A DNA stretch of 64,000 nt. It comes from a virus. Within the stretch, counting starts at the first letter, position 1. Every line of letters begins with the position of its first letter. Positions 28,581-39,497 of this stretch are shown piece by piece. Both the position numbers and the translations under genes were made by a program. The DNA is taken from IMG/VR virus record IMGVR_UViG_3300042396_000450, positions 1-64,000 of that record; one strand, written 5' to 3'. The notes below the pieces were generated by a model. It ran no database searches and had not been told where the DNA came from. It was given only the letters and a program-made list of their open reading frames with translations.

Positions 28581-28934
28581 ATGTCTATCTCATCTTCATT
28601 CAACCGTGAGAAACTAAATCCTACATTATCTAAAGCATTATCATTTACTGGTGCTATTGCTCAAGGTACAAATGAATTTATTGTTGATATTAACTTAACT
28701 ATTACTAAGGATGATACAACTACAGTAGTTAAAACTGTTCAACGTATTGTTATTCCACTTAATATTCTCAATAACAAATTAACAGTTATTCCTAAACAAT
28801 ATGTATTTCCAGGTAGTGCCACTACTTATTCTAGTGGTGGTACAACTCCATTATTAAGTGCTGGCACTATTGGTAATATAATTGATTTAAATACATTCTT
28901 AACTCAAGCTGGTGATACACCAGAAAACTCATGA
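28581..28934 (+). CDS. hypothetical (possibly structural) protein
   Basis: ORF in structural operon. Confidence 0.55.
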   Translation: MSISSSFNREKLNPTLSKALSFTGAIAQGTNEFIVDINLTITKDDTTTVVKTVQRIVIPLNILNNKLTVIPKQYVFPGSATTYSSGGTTPLLSAGTIGNIIDLNTFLTQAGDTPENS

Positions 28935-29215
28935 ACTTAACAACTAAAGTAACTTTAATTCAACAATACATGGATCGTAATGGTAACATCTATCCAGCTA
29001 ACTTACCTTATCTCTATGGTCAGTTACCAGAAGACATTAGAGATAATGGTGCTTATGTTAAATCACTTGAAACAGTTGAGATTACATTAGAACCATATCA
29101 AATGATTAACGTAGATGAAATAGATGCTGGTACTGCTAATCGTCCAGAGAGAGTTAAGAAGCAAGTAGTTAAACAACGTGACTTAATTGAGACAACTGAA
29201 ATAACTAAGGTGTAA
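28931..29215 (+). CDS. hypothetical protein
   Basis: ATGA-coupled ORF. Confidence 0.55.
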   Translation: MNLTTKVTLIQQYMDRNGNIYPANLPYLYGQLPEDIRDNGAYVKSLETVEITLEPYQMINVDEIDAGTANRPERVKKQVVKQRDLIETTEITKV

Positions 29216-29216
29216 T

Positions 29217-29486
29217 ATGTTCCTAATGACAGATATCAATAGGAGTGCTGTCATTAGAACAGCTAACTTCAAACGCGGTCGAGATAAAGTTAAGCGTAAG
29301 AAAAAAAAGGGAATCAACTACAAAGAAACTAAAGATACAGTTAAAGTAGGTCAAAAGTTAGCATCAACTGGGACTAATATAAGTCGTGAACTTCGTGGTT
29401 GGCTCAAATTAGTAAATCGCACGAAAGATGACCTTCGACGACTTAATTTCCTCAGAGCAGCTAGAAAAATAGCTAAAGGTGAATAA
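29217..29486 (+). CDS. basic family protein
   Basis: MFLMTD...TANF-KRGRDKVKRKKKK. Confidence 0.6.
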   Translation: MFLMTDINRSAVIRTANFKRGRDKVKRKKKKGINYKETKDTVKVGQKLASTGTNISRELRGWLKLVNRTKDDLRRLNFLRAARKIAKGE

Positions 29487-30077
29487 ATGACCTATACACC
29501 TATCTACTGCAATAAGGAATCAATCGGGCGCAAATTGAAGGCGCGACTTAATATCAAACCAAGTCAATATCAATCTGCACCATATAGTAGTCTACCTAGT
29601 AATGAAGTTGATGATGTTCTGGTTGATGAAGTTATCGAACAACAAGAGGAGTTCCTTAACTTAATACTCAATCAGATATATGAGTTACCGCTAATCAATA
29701 ATCACTCAATACTAACTACTATTGTTGATGATCTAGTAATAGCGGAGTTACTGCGTATCCACTTCATAGGAACTGGAATGGCGCAACTAGGTGGTGATGT
29801 GGCGGGAACTAGTACAGATACTAAGTTACACGCATACAGTCTACTGGCGATGTTAACTACTGGTCATAACATATACATTCCCGGTATGCCTCTAGTAGCA
29901 ACTAATGTTGGAGTTGCACAACCTCAACCAATTAGATTAACAGGTGAAGTTAATAGAAGTAGTTATGACGATACTATAACTCGACTTGAAGTGTACGTTA
30001 CAACTAGACCTAAGTTAGCAGCACTTCGTGATGTTGAGTTTATTAATGAAACAGGTAAAGGAGATATATACTGGTGA
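29487..30077 (+). CDS. head-tail adaptor (Mu gp36-like)
   Basis: YCNKESI...DEVIEQQEEFLNLILNQIYELPL...LTTIVDDLVI; gene position. Confidence 0.6.
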   Translation: MTYTPIYCNKESIGRKLKARLNIKPSQYQSAPYSSLPSNEVDDVLVDEVIEQQEEFLNLILNQIYELPLINNHSILTTIVDDLVIAELLRIHFIGTGMAQLGGDVAGTSTDTKLHAYSLLAMLTTGHNIYIPGMPLVATNVGVAQPQPIRLTGEVNRSSYDDTITRLEVYVTTRPKLAALRDVEFINETGKGDIYW

Positions 30078-30301
30078 AGATAAACAGTGATAAGTTAACT
30101 GAGTTAAGTAATCAATTTAAAACGATGAGAGATTACACAGTTGGAGATCGTGATATTGCGCCACTTATATTAGATGAAGTTAGTTATCCAATTAAACTTA
30201 GAGTTAATCAAGGTATTCCTAACGTAGCGAAGTTATCTAGACCTACTACTAAATACGAAGAGTTAATTAAGTCTATAGTTAAGGTGTTGCTGAAACCATG
30301 A
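30074..30301 (+). CDS. putative neck/tail completion protein
   Basis: Position between adaptor and tail terminator only. Confidence 0.4.
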   Translation: MKINSDKLTELSNQFKTMRDYTVGDRDIAPLILDEVSYPIKLRVNQGIPNVAKLSRPTTKYEELIKSIVKVLLKP

Positions 30302-30747
30302 TTAATGAAGATTACTTAACTGGACATATAGCTAACTATCTTAAACGTGAACTTAATAGACGTGCTAATGACGAAGGATTAACTGTACCTATTATTAATA
30401 GCTATCGTTTATATGATGCGTTTAATGTACCTGTGCAAGACTTCCCACTAATTAAAGTATTTAGAACTAGTTCACAATACACTGTTAGTAATAAACGACT
30501 TAGCTCTATTCAAGTTCACTATTCATTAGTGTTACCTAATCTAGAGGTATTATTACCTTATTTAAATTGGGTTGATTATAATATTAATGAGGTACTTAGT
30601 TTTGCATTACATGATATAACTGTATTTATAGAACCAACTTCTAAACGTTGCGAATACAGAACATTAATGAATGAGTTAGGAACTCCTATTTATAGTTTCC
30701 TCCGTTTCTCCTTCAACGTAACAGAAGGTCAACCTACTATTTGTTAA
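30298..30747 (+). CDS. putative tail terminator
   Basis: Size, DFPLIKVF motif, directly before the tube gene. Confidence 0.5.
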   Translation: MINEDYLTGHIANYLKRELNRRANDEGLTVPIINSYRLYDAFNVPVQDFPLIKVFRTSSQYTVSNKRLSSIQVHYSLVLPNLEVLLPYLNWVDYNINEVLSFALHDITVFIEPTSKRCEYRTLMNELGTPIYSFLRFSFNVTEGQPTIC

Positions 30748-30757
30748 GGCTACAATT

Positions 30758-31549
30758 ATGACAATCGGTAAATTATACGACACTATTAAAGGCGTTGCTA
30801 ATTTAAAGTTAACTCGTCTATCTGATGGTGCATTATTACATCTACCTACTCCAACTGGATTTGTAATTGATAACGGTATTGAAGAAAAGATTCAAACAAC
30901 TCAAAATAACCAGGGTGAAATGACTCGTTCTGGTAGTTACATTACTGGACGTATGCCAGTTCTGCGAGTTGTCTATTCCTATATGCAACCAGAGATCCTG
31001 CAATTTAAAATTGGCAATCAATTTGATGCTAAGACTGGCACATTAGATGTAGTTAAGAGTTATCAAGTAACTCAGAATAACTATGCGGCAGTTACAACTG
31101 GTTTTCTAGGTTATGGTGTTGCACTTAACGCTCCTAGTAAAGCATCTGTTCAACGTAATAATCTCTCAGTTCAATTAACTCAAGTTAGTATTGCGAGTTT
31201 TAGTGCAACTACAGATGATACATTTGCAGTTGGAGCATCTCTCAATGTTAAGTTCTCTAATAATCTCGTTACCGCAAATGAAACAGTTAGTTTAACTACA
31301 ACTGAAACATTTACTGGAACTGGTATTAGTGATAACGTAGTTGGCGCACATAAAGTTAGTGCATTACTAATTACGAAGGCTAATAAAGTAATTCACTTTA
31401 AATGTGATAACGTAACACCTAGTTACACGGGATCTACACTTGATCCGAAGGCAGATGCAATTGAAATACCATTCTTCATTAATGATGTTCCAGGTGTCTG
31501 TTTCCCTTATGAATGGAATTATGTACCTATTCAAGTTGGTTGTAACTAA
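30758..31549 (+). CDS. major tail (tube) protein
   Basis: Beta-rich 263 aa protein preceding chaperone and tape measure genes. Confidence 0.65.
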   Translation: MTIGKLYDTIKGVANLKLTRLSDGALLHLPTPTGFVIDNGIEEKIQTTQNNQGEMTRSGSYITGRMPVLRVVYSYMQPEILQFKIGNQFDAKTGTLDVVKSYQVTQNNYAAVTTGFLGYGVALNAPSKASVQRNNLSVQLTQVSIASFSATTDDTFAVGASLNVKFSNNLVTANETVSLTTTETFTGTGISDNVVGAHKVSALLITKANKVIHFKCDNVTPSYTGSTLDPKADAIEIPFFINDVPGVCFPYEWNYVPIQVGCN

Positions 31550-31567
31550 TTAATGTAATAATAGTAG

Positions 31568-32038
31568 ATGAATAATCTACTATTTAAATCTATGAATAAC
31601 TTTGATATAACATACAGTGACGGAACTATAGATACAGTTAAGCGTGTAACTCGCACTAAGTTAAAGGACTTAATTGTACTACAACAGAAACTCCTCTACT
31701 TTTTTCTTACTCATAATGCTAATGTCGGGGCTTGTGTTGCTGATGATGCGTGTTGGAGTGTAATTGAAACTACATCTAAATTACTAGCAGTAGTTGGAGA
31801 TGGAGCAGTCAAGTTAGAGTTACTTGAGGATAATTTAGAACAGTTAAGTAATATATTCTTCACTACATCTACACCTGAAGAAATAGCTCAATACACTAAT
31901 ATCGGTAAGATGATTGAAGCTGAAACATGGTACAAGCCATCTCTCATCAGTCAGTTACATCAACTTAATTATCGAGGAGATAGTGGTGAAGCAATAAAAA
32001 AAATGACACAGGAACAACCAGAAGTTCCTACGCTATAG
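31568..32038 (+). CDS. tail assembly chaperone (gpG-like)
   Basis: Position; slippery A AAA AAA at 31996-32002. Confidence 0.7.
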   Translation: MNNLLFKSMNNFDITYSDGTIDTVKRVTRTKLKDLIVLQQKLLYFFLTHNANVGACVADDACWSVIETTSKLLAVVGDGAVKLELLEDNLEQLSNIFFTTSTPEEIAQYTNIGKMIEAETWYKPSLISQLHQLNYRGDSGEAIKKMTQEQPEVPTL

Positions 32039-32283
32039 ATTTAGCGGCATTAATTGAGATATATGGTGGTGTTGAGAATGCACTACTACTAGTTAACTCA
32101 CTAGATGATCTGGAGATACATGATCTGATTAATCAGACAACTGAGTTACGTAAAGATCCATCAGTTCGAGATGCTGAGGAAGTAGAAAGAGATTGGAATG
32201 ATTATGTTATTAATAATGATCTAGATCAGGAGATAATCGTAGACGGTAAGAAAACAAGTATAAATCAATTAATGGGGTTCTAA
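31996..32283 (+). CDS. tail assembly chaperone -1 frameshift extension (gpGT-like), not in track
   Basis: -1 frame open 31990-32283 with no usable start (...AIDLAALIEIYGGVENALLL...NQLMGF*). Its TAA overlaps the tape-measure ATG. Confidence 0.75.
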   Translation, partial: KKNDTGTTRSSYAIDLAALIEIYGGVENALLLVNSLDDLEIHDLINQTTELRKDPSVRDAEEVERDWNDYVINNDLDQEIIVDGKKTSINQLMGF

Positions 32284-35200
32284 TGGATCAATATAATCAA
32301 GACGTTAACATTAACTTCCAAGGTGAAGATAATATAAGTGGAGTTATTGATAAAGTTAATGAGAAAGTTGGTTCATTACAATTCAAGATAATGGCACTTA
32401 ACATAGGGTTAGGTGCATTTGGTAAACAGTTATTTACTAACTCTGATAACTTAGCTAAGTTTACTAAGGTTCTTGGTACAACTGATGTTCTATTAAATAA
32501 GACATTTGCAGTAACTGGAGTAGTTAAAGTATTCTCAATACTAGGAACTGGTATTAATGATGCGAAAGCTAACTTAGATAGATTTAATGATGGATTGAAA
32601 GCAATGCAAGCTAGTGGACTTGATATTGGCATTATTACGCAATTCACGCAATTACAAGATGCAGTATTAGGAAGTCGTAATGCTCTAGATTCATTTAGTT
32701 TAACTGCATTAACTACATTTAATAGATTCAATAAAGTTAAATCAGAAGTAGCTACATTGTTTCCTGAGAATGATCCATTTATTAAGAATCTATCTACTAG
32801 TATTCAGAAACTAGTTAATGAGGATCTTAAAAATGCAGTAACTAGTATTGACGCATTAAAAGCTAGTTATGAAGCTGCGTCGTCTGGTTTTACTGAAGCT
32901 GCTGATAACCAAGCTGTAATGACAGCAGGACTTAAATTAGCTAAAGCTGGTGGTGCTGATACTGGAGCAACTATGAAGGTACTTGCTCAAACTATTAGTG
33001 CTTATAATCTGAGTGCTGGTGATGCAACTAAAGTTAGTGCAGTTCTAAATCAAACTGTACAATTAGGTGTAACTACAATACCAGAATTAAGTAATGGTTT
33101 TGCTCAAGCAGCAGTAACAGCTAACGCAGCTAAGATTAAATTGCAAGAGTTAGGTGCTGCTGTAGCAACATTAACATTAAAAGGTTTTGACACAAACAGT
33201 GCATTAACAGGTATTGAATCATTATCGCGCGTAATTATCAGCAAAACTCCTCAAGCTGCTGCTGCATTGCGAGAATTACGTGATGAAGGTGGTAAACCAA
33301 TTAGATTTGACGTTAGTGAAATAAAAGCTAAAGGTCTTACTAAAGCAATACAGGATTTAAATATAGCAGCTAAGGGTAACGTTGAAGTAATTCGTGAAAT
33401 AATTGCAGATTCTACTTCTTATAATACTTTCTTAGCATTAGCAGCTAATAACTCTGAGAAATTGGGTGAATTTACTCAGAAGATGTTTGATGTTAGTAAA
33501 ACAGGTGAAGTTGCACGTAAAGCATTAGATAGTGTATTTGGAATTAAATTAAATAACCAAGCTGAAACATTCGATGCAATTGTAAATAGAATAACTGAAC
33601 AATTCATACAATTTGGTGAACAGTTAGCTCCATTCTTTGACACTGGAGTTAAAGCATTAGAAACGTTCACTAAAACATTATCTGGAATTAGTCCAGAAAT
33701 GAAGAAGACTATAGCATCAATATTGCTAGGTCAATTAGCATTTAATAAAGTAACTGATACTATTGGTATTTTAGTTGGAACTATAACTAAAGCATTCTTA
33801 GCATATCAAGGTTTGCGAGTAACCTTGATGTTCATGAATGGAACTATAGGTGAACAGTTCAACTTAATTAATGGATTAATTAAAACTAAAGCAGGATTAG
33901 TTCCCGTAATTAAACAGTTAATGGGATTTGATCAATCACATCTATTAATACAAACTAAATTAAATACAGTTACTAAAACTAGGGGTGAATTGCTTAAAGC
34001 TGTATTTACTGGAGAAGGTGATAGATTAACTAACCTTAAACAATTAGTTGGTTTAGAGAAACAATATGAACTTAATGTAGGTGAGTTAAACAAAACATTA
34101 GATGGTAGAAATAAGATACTTGATAATCAAGTAGATAAAGTTAATGGAGTTATTAAAGCAACGGCTAAAGTAAAGGATGCTGAAGCTACAGCTAACTCTA
34201 TTAAACAAGAAGGTCTACAACTATTAGATGAGTTAGAGATATCTAATGCTAAACAACTTGATATTAAAACTAAATTAATTAAGGTAGAAGATGATCTTAA
34301 ATTAGGTGGTTCTAATACTGTTGCATTACAGAAGGAATCAATACTACTTAATAATCAATTAACTAATTCACTTGATGAACAACAACAACTACAAGAGTTA
34401 ATTAACGTAAATAACGTTAAGTATGGTGATGCAACTAAAGCATTAGTAACATCAGAACTCGCACTTGATTCAACTAGACTTGCAGCTAAGGAAAGACTTA
34501 GTGTTATAGTTACTAAACAATTAGCTATTGAACAACTGCAAGCTAACTTAACTATCTATAATGAGAAAGCAGTTAAGTTATCTACTGCTGCTGAGTTATT
34601 AAGAACTAAAGCTAAAGTTGATTCTGCCAACGCTTCTATTTTCTTACAACGTGCAGAGTTTCTACAAACTAAATCAACTGAATATGCAACGTTAGCAACT
34701 ACAACTCAAACTGCTATTATCGCTGGTAATGCAGAAGTTAGAAAACTTAAAATAGCAGCATCATTAGCAGAACAAGTTGCTGATGGTAATTTAATTAAAG
34801 TACAAGTAGGTTTAGGTACTAGTTACATTGCTAATAGTTTACTAACGAGAATACTGTTCTTCGATATTACTAATTTAGCTGGAGCTACTAAAGCAGTTAG
34901 TGTTGCAGGAACTGGATTTGCAGGTGTAATTGGTGGTTTATGGACAACATCAATTGGTATAGCTAGTGCAACATTAAGATTCCTAGATGCTCAACTTACA
35001 ACACTGTATCTTAAATTAGCTCCATTTACATTAGCGTTAGCTCCCATAGCAGTAGCATTAGGATTAATTGGTACTATTGGTTATGAAGCATTCTTCGGAA
35101 TGACAGGTCAATTAAATAACTTAAATAAAGAATTAAAAGAATTAGATAAACAAGGACAACTTAATTTAATACGTGAATTAGATAAATTACAAATTAATAA

Positions 35201-38200
35201 ACAACTTAATGAATCAGAACAGAAGAGATTACAACTATTGAAAGAATCAGTAAGTGTAGCTAAAGAAGCTGATGAAAGTTCTAAAGGTGTTATGGATCGT
35301 GTGGGCGATTTTAATAATACTATAGAAAAGTTTAATGCAACTAAAATTATATTTAATGGTATTATCAGTGGATTTGGTAAAGTTATTAATTTATTTAGAG
35401 CAGATGCTGTAGTAAAAGTTCTTGATGATATAGATGTTGCATCATTAAAAACTCGTGATTCTATTAATGAATTAACTAAATCAACTAAGAAACTTCAATT
35501 GGGATTTACTGGAATTGAAGAAGTAGATAAATTAATTAAGCAAGGTAAAATACTTAGCGCAACAGACATAGATAAAATTGCTAATGAAGCTAAAGTTGCA
35601 ACTAAGAGAACTGAATTAGAAATATCAATTAATGAAAATAAAATTAAGGCAGTTAGTGAACAACTTAAAGATTTCGATAAGTTAAGTATTGAAGAACGTA
35701 AACAAGCTAGTGACCACGAAAAACAATTAGATACACATCGTACAATATTAGAAACTGCTAATGATAAATTGAAAGATGTATTAAGTAAGAAAAAAGAGAT
35801 AGATAAGGCGCGAATAGAATATCAAACTCAACAGAACATATTACTTAAGCGCGTATTAGATAATAATCTGGAAATAGAAAAAGGTAGCACTACTATAGAA
35901 GGTGATCAAGGAGCTAACGCACTTCAAACTAGAATGAAGAAGGGACTTAGATTGGCGCAAACTGATCTAGAACAATATCGTCGTCAAGTTAAAGCAACAT
36001 TAGATGGAACTGGTGAATATCTTGATGCTAATAATAAGAAGGTTAAAATTGACGTAACTGATATGACTGATTACGTTAATAAATTTGACACTAATGTTAA
36101 TGGAGTTATTAGTAGTATTGATCAGTTATATCAAGTTAATGGTACTAGTGCAACTGAAGCAGCTAAAACACTTAAAGCTGTATTAGATACTAATAAACAA
36201 GAGATGAATATAACTGATTATATTAATGGAATTAACCAAGCTATAGGTTACATGAGAGATGGAAGTAAAGTAACAATAGACTTACTTAACTTAGAAGGTG
36301 AAACTCGACGGGCTATGTTAGATAGTGGAGTTACATCAACTAGAGAAACAAATGCTGCGATACGTAAGTTAAATGCAGCTAAGTTAGAAGAGGAAATTAA
36401 TAATCAGAAACAACTAATTGAATTTACTAAAGCTACATCTGGTGCAGATCAGAAGAAGTTAGATGCTGCTAAGTTAAAGTTACTTGAACAACAACTAGCT
36501 GCACAACAACGTGATAATCTTAAAGCTGAATTAGATGAAAGATTTAAACAACAACAAGTAGCATTAGATAGAGAACAAGAGTTAATTAAGTTAGATAAAG
36601 CTAAACGTCTTATTAGTGAAGAAGAATATAACAATAAGATAGCTGAGGATACTAAACGTAACTTAGATTTAAAACGTAAACAACTACTACAGGAACTAGA
36701 GTTAAATAAAAATGATTTAGAGAAAACTAAGTCTATTAATAATCAATTACTAGGAATTGATGTACAACAACAAGAGTTAATAACATCTAATTTAGAACGT
36801 GCAATTAATGTACGATCTAAAAAACGTGAATTAGAGTTAACTAGAGAACAAGCTTTAGTTGTTTTGAATAGAAGTAAGTTCTTAACTACTGAAGAACAAT
36901 CTATCAGAGATATAGATGTGGTAAGAAAAAAGGAGATATTAAATAAACAACTATCTCTTAATGAACAACTTAAGTTAGTTGAACATGATAAAACTAAACA
37001 GACGGAAATACAGAATCAATTACTTAATCTACAGTTAGATTATCAGAAGATAATAACTGATAATTTAGAACGTGAGTTTACTAAACGTAGTAAACTCATT
37101 GAAAATGCCGCGAATAGAACTAAGTTAGTTTACCGTGAATTAACTAACACCATTGATAATAATGTAGCATCACTTAACGAAGAGAATAAGATAATAGATA
37201 GTCGTAATAAGTTAACATCATCTACACTTGAAAATGAAAGTGCGCGATTAACTAACTCACTTAAAGTAACTAACGATATTGAGAAACGTGCTGCTATTGA
37301 AACTAAGATAGCTCAACTGCGCGAATCTAATCGTGTAGTTACAGATGCTACTGAACAACGTAGTTTAATTAATCAACAGAAGTTAATTGAATTATCATTG
37401 CAGAAACAACAAATAGAGTTAGATAGTCGGCGCAATGATGCTAATAATAACAGTAAGTTAATACAACTTGAGTTAGAGAAAGCTATTAAACAGAAGAGAA
37501 ATAAAGAAGATATAGATGCAATTAAAATTAGATTAGATGCTAATAAACAAGAACAATTAGCTATCACTAAACAGAATGAGTTACTAGATGTAACTAAACG
37601 TAATCAAAGTGAGATTAATAGTAATGCAAGTAGAGAACTAGAGATTAGACAACGTATAGGTAGAGAAGGTGGATTGCTCGATCTAGAGATAACTAAACAA
37701 AATGAGAAAATAGCTAGGTATGAGAAGATTGCACAACTGGCAAATCTAGAAGCTACAATTGCAGAAACTAATGCTAATAAAATGCAATTAGCTGGTGATC
37801 TACAAATTAAAAATTACCAAATGCGATTAGACCTTCTTAATAAACAAGCTGAATTAGAACAACAGCATCAAGATAATACACAACGTATGTTTAAGATGGC
37901 TGAGGGATTAGCAGTAAGTGATTATCAGAAACGTAAGTTAGCAGAACAAGCTGCTAAACAAGAGTTACTTAACCTTAATAAGAAACATCAAATAGAACGT
38001 GATATATTAGCTATTCAAATTAAGATGAATGAACTAGCTCTAATTAAAAGTGAGTTAGATCAAAAGAGTGCCGAAAAGAAATTAGCAGCAGAACTTAAAG
38101 TACAAGAAGCTGAAACAGCTAAAGTATTAAAGAGTAGAACTGCAACTGATGAAGAGAAGAAAGGATCATTAGCAACATTAGATGCTAAGAAGTTTGCATA

Positions 38201-38708
38201 TCAAGCTAAGTTAGAAGAACGTCCTATATTAGAACAGCAAGCAGAATTAAATAGATATACTAATACTATTCAAAAGGCTGCATTAGATAATAAACAACGT
38301 AATGAAACTCAAGATAAGACCGTTGCAGTTGCTAAATCTACATTTACTACTGCTGATGATCGTGCCATTTATCGGGCATTAATGAATAATCTAAGAGGAG
38401 ATAGACGTGAGTTAGATAACACTCGTATTAATTTCAGTCAGGAGAAGTTATCCAACTTATTTTCTTACCCTAATAGTAATGTCAACTTAGAAAGACCTAA
38501 CTTTGATTCAAATAGTGGTAAGTCTAAATCAAGTAATAGTAAGTTAAATAAAGATGTAGTTATTAACTTTAATCCAACTACTAATATTGAAGTTAAAGGT
38601 AATGCTGATGTTAAGGAGTTCTCTAAACAACTTAATAGTGAAAGTGATAAGTGGATTAAGGGACTTCATGAAACACTTCGTAAAGTTAACACTGAATTAG
38701 GTAACTAA
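32283..38708 (+). CDS. tail tape measure protein
   Basis: 2141 aa, TP901-like core (LKLAKAGGAD...TVQLGVTTIPELSNGF), hydrophobic segments, long coiled coil. Confidence 0.92.
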   Translation: MDQYNQDVNINFQGEDNISGVIDKVNEKVGSLQFKIMALNIGLGAFGKQLFTNSDNLAKFTKVLGTTDVLLNKTFAVTGVVKVFSILGTGINDAKANLDRFNDGLKAMQASGLDIGIITQFTQLQDAVLGSRNALDSFSLTALTTFNRFNKVKSEVATLFPENDPFIKNLSTSIQKLVNEDLKNAVTSIDALKASYEAASSGFTEAADNQAVMTAGLKLAKAGGADTGATMKVLAQTISAYNLSAGDATKVSAVLNQTVQLGVTTIPELSNGFAQAAVTANAAKIKLQELGAAVATLTLKGFDTNSALTGIESLSRVIISKTPQAAAALRELRDEGGKPIRFDVSEIKAKGLTKAIQDLNIAAKGNVEVIREIIADSTSYNTFLALAANNSEKLGEFTQKMFDVSKTGEVARKALDSVFGIKLNNQAETFDAIVNRITEQFIQFGEQLAPFFDTGVKALETFTKTLSGISPEMKKTIASILLGQLAFNKVTDTIGILVGTITKAFLAYQGLRVTLMFMNGTIGEQFNLINGLIKTKAGLVPVIKQLMGFDQSHLLIQTKLNTVTKTRGELLKAVFTGEGDRLTNLKQLVGLEKQYELNVGELNKTLDGRNKILDNQVDKVNGVIKATAKVKDAEATANSIKQEGLQLLDELEISNAKQLDIKTKLIKVEDDLKLGGSNTVALQKESILLNNQLTNSLDEQQQLQELINVNNVKYGDATKALVTSELALDSTRLAAKERLSVIVTKQLAIEQLQANLTIYNEKAVKLSTAAELLRTKAKVDSANASIFLQRAEFLQTKSTEYATLATTTQTAIIAGNAEVRKLKIAASLAEQVADGNLIKVQVGLGTSYIANSLLTRILFFDITNLAGATKAVSVAGTGFAGVIGGLWTTSIGIASATLRFLDAQLTTLYLKLAPFTLALAPIAVALGLIGTIGYEAFFGMTGQLNNLNKELKELDKQGQLNLIRELDKLQINKQLNESEQKRLQLLKESVSVAKEADESSKGVMDRVGDFNNTIEKFNATKIIFNGIISGFGKVINLFRADAVVKVLDDIDVASLKTRDSINELTKSTKKLQLGFTGIEEVDKLIKQGKILSATDIDKIANEAKVATKRTELEISINENKIKAVSEQLKDFDKLSIEERKQASDHEKQLDTHRTILETANDKLKDVLSKKKEIDKARIEYQTQQNILLKRVLDNNLEIEKGSTTIEGDQGANALQTRMKKGLRLAQTDLEQYRRQVKATLDGTGEYLDANNKKVKIDVTDMTDYVNKFDTNVNGVISSIDQLYQVNGTSATEAAKTLKAVLDTNKQEMNITDYINGINQAIGYMRDGSKVTIDLLNLEGETRRAMLDSGVTSTRETNAAIRKLNAAKLEEEINNQKQLIEFTKATSGADQKKLDAAKLKLLEQQLAAQQRDNLKAELDERFKQQQVALDREQELIKLDKAKRLISEEEYNNKIAEDTKRNLDLKRKQLLQELELNKNDLEKTKSINNQLLGIDVQQQELITSNLERAINVRSKKRELELTREQALVVLNRSKFLTTEEQSIRDIDVVRKKEILNKQLSLNEQLKLVEHDKTKQTEIQNQLLNLQLDYQKIITDNLEREFTKRSKLIENAANRTKLVYRELTNTIDNNVASLNEENKIIDSRNKLTSSTLENESARLTNSLKVTNDIEKRAAIETKIAQLRESNRVVTDATEQRSLINQQKLIELSLQKQQIELDSRRNDANNNSKLIQLELEKAIKQKRNKEDIDAIKIRLDANKQEQLAITKQNELLDVTKRNQSEINSNASRELEIRQRIGREGGLLDLEITKQNEKIARYEKIAQLANLEATIAETNANKMQLAGDLQIKNYQMRLDLLNKQAELEQQHQDNTQRMFKMAEGLAVSDYQKRKLAEQAAKQELLNLNKKHQIERDILAIQIKMNELALIKSELDQKSAEKKLAAELKVQEAETAKVLKSRTATDEEKKGSLATLDAKKFAYQAKLEERPILEQQAELNRYTNTIQKAALDNKQRNETQDKTVAVAKSTFTTADDRAIYRALMNNLRGDRRELDNTRINFSQEKLSNLFSYPNSNVNLERPNFDSNSGKSKSSNSKLNKDVVINFNPTTNIEVKGNADVKEFSKQLNSESDKWIKGLHETLRKVNTELGN

Positions 38709-38751
38709 CGTAGCCACTGATATAATAAGTGTAATTAATAAGTGATTAAAT

Positions 38752-39477
38752 ATGTTTATTTTAAATGATGTTGATTTAAGTAACTATGGTAGAGGTAGAG
38801 ATCGTGTTAAACGTAAAAGTAGAGGTAACTTATTACGTAATGCTGCAATTGGAGTTGGTGGATTAGCAGTTGCAGGTGGATTAGGTTATTTAGCATTAAG
38901 AGGTAAAGGTAAAGCAGTAACTAAAACTCCCGTAACTACAGTTAGTAAACCTAAATATAAAACAAATTATTTTGGTTTAAATGAAGATAACCCTATAACT
39001 TTACCTGATAATATATCAGCTAGACAACTTGAGTTAGCGAAACGGGGTAATCTAAAAGCATTAGGTATTAAAGGTAAAGAAGCTAATACTCAAAGTGTTA
39101 CTAATAGATTAAATTATTTATTTTATGGTGAAAATAAAGGTAGGGGTAAATTAAAGTTTAATAATATAAATGAAGTTAAAAATTTAATTAGAAAACGACG
39201 TAAAGATATTATAGGAAATCAAAAAGAAAGCTATCTTAAATATGTAAAAGATGTAAAAAAACATAATAATTTATTTAGTTCCGATTCAATAATGCGACAA
39301 AAAATTAATTCGTATAATCAATATAAAAAACAAAATTTATCAATTGAACAATCAATGCAAAATAAAAATATGAAAGATCAAAGAGATAAAATAACAGATG
39401 TAACTCAAAAAGTTCCAGGTGAGAAATATTACTACTATAGTCGCAACAATAATAATGTAATTAATTTAATAACGTAA
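38752..39477 (+). CDS. basic glycine-zipper family protein
   Basis: MFILNDVDLSNY-GRGRDRVKRKSRG, AAIGVGGLAVAGGLGYLAL. Confidence 0.65.
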   Translation: MFILNDVDLSNYGRGRDRVKRKSRGNLLRNAAIGVGGLAVAGGLGYLALRGKGKAVTKTPVTTVSKPKYKTNYFGLNEDNPITLPDNISARQLELAKRGNLKALGIKGKEANTQSVTNRLNYLFYGENKGRGKLKFNNINEVKNLIRKRRKDIIGNQKESYLKYVKDVKKHNNLFSSDSIMRQKINSYNQYKKQNLSIEQSMQNKNMKDQRDKITDVTQKVPGEKYYYYSRNNNNVINLIT

Positions 39478-39497
39478 GAAAAATAGGATAACTAATC

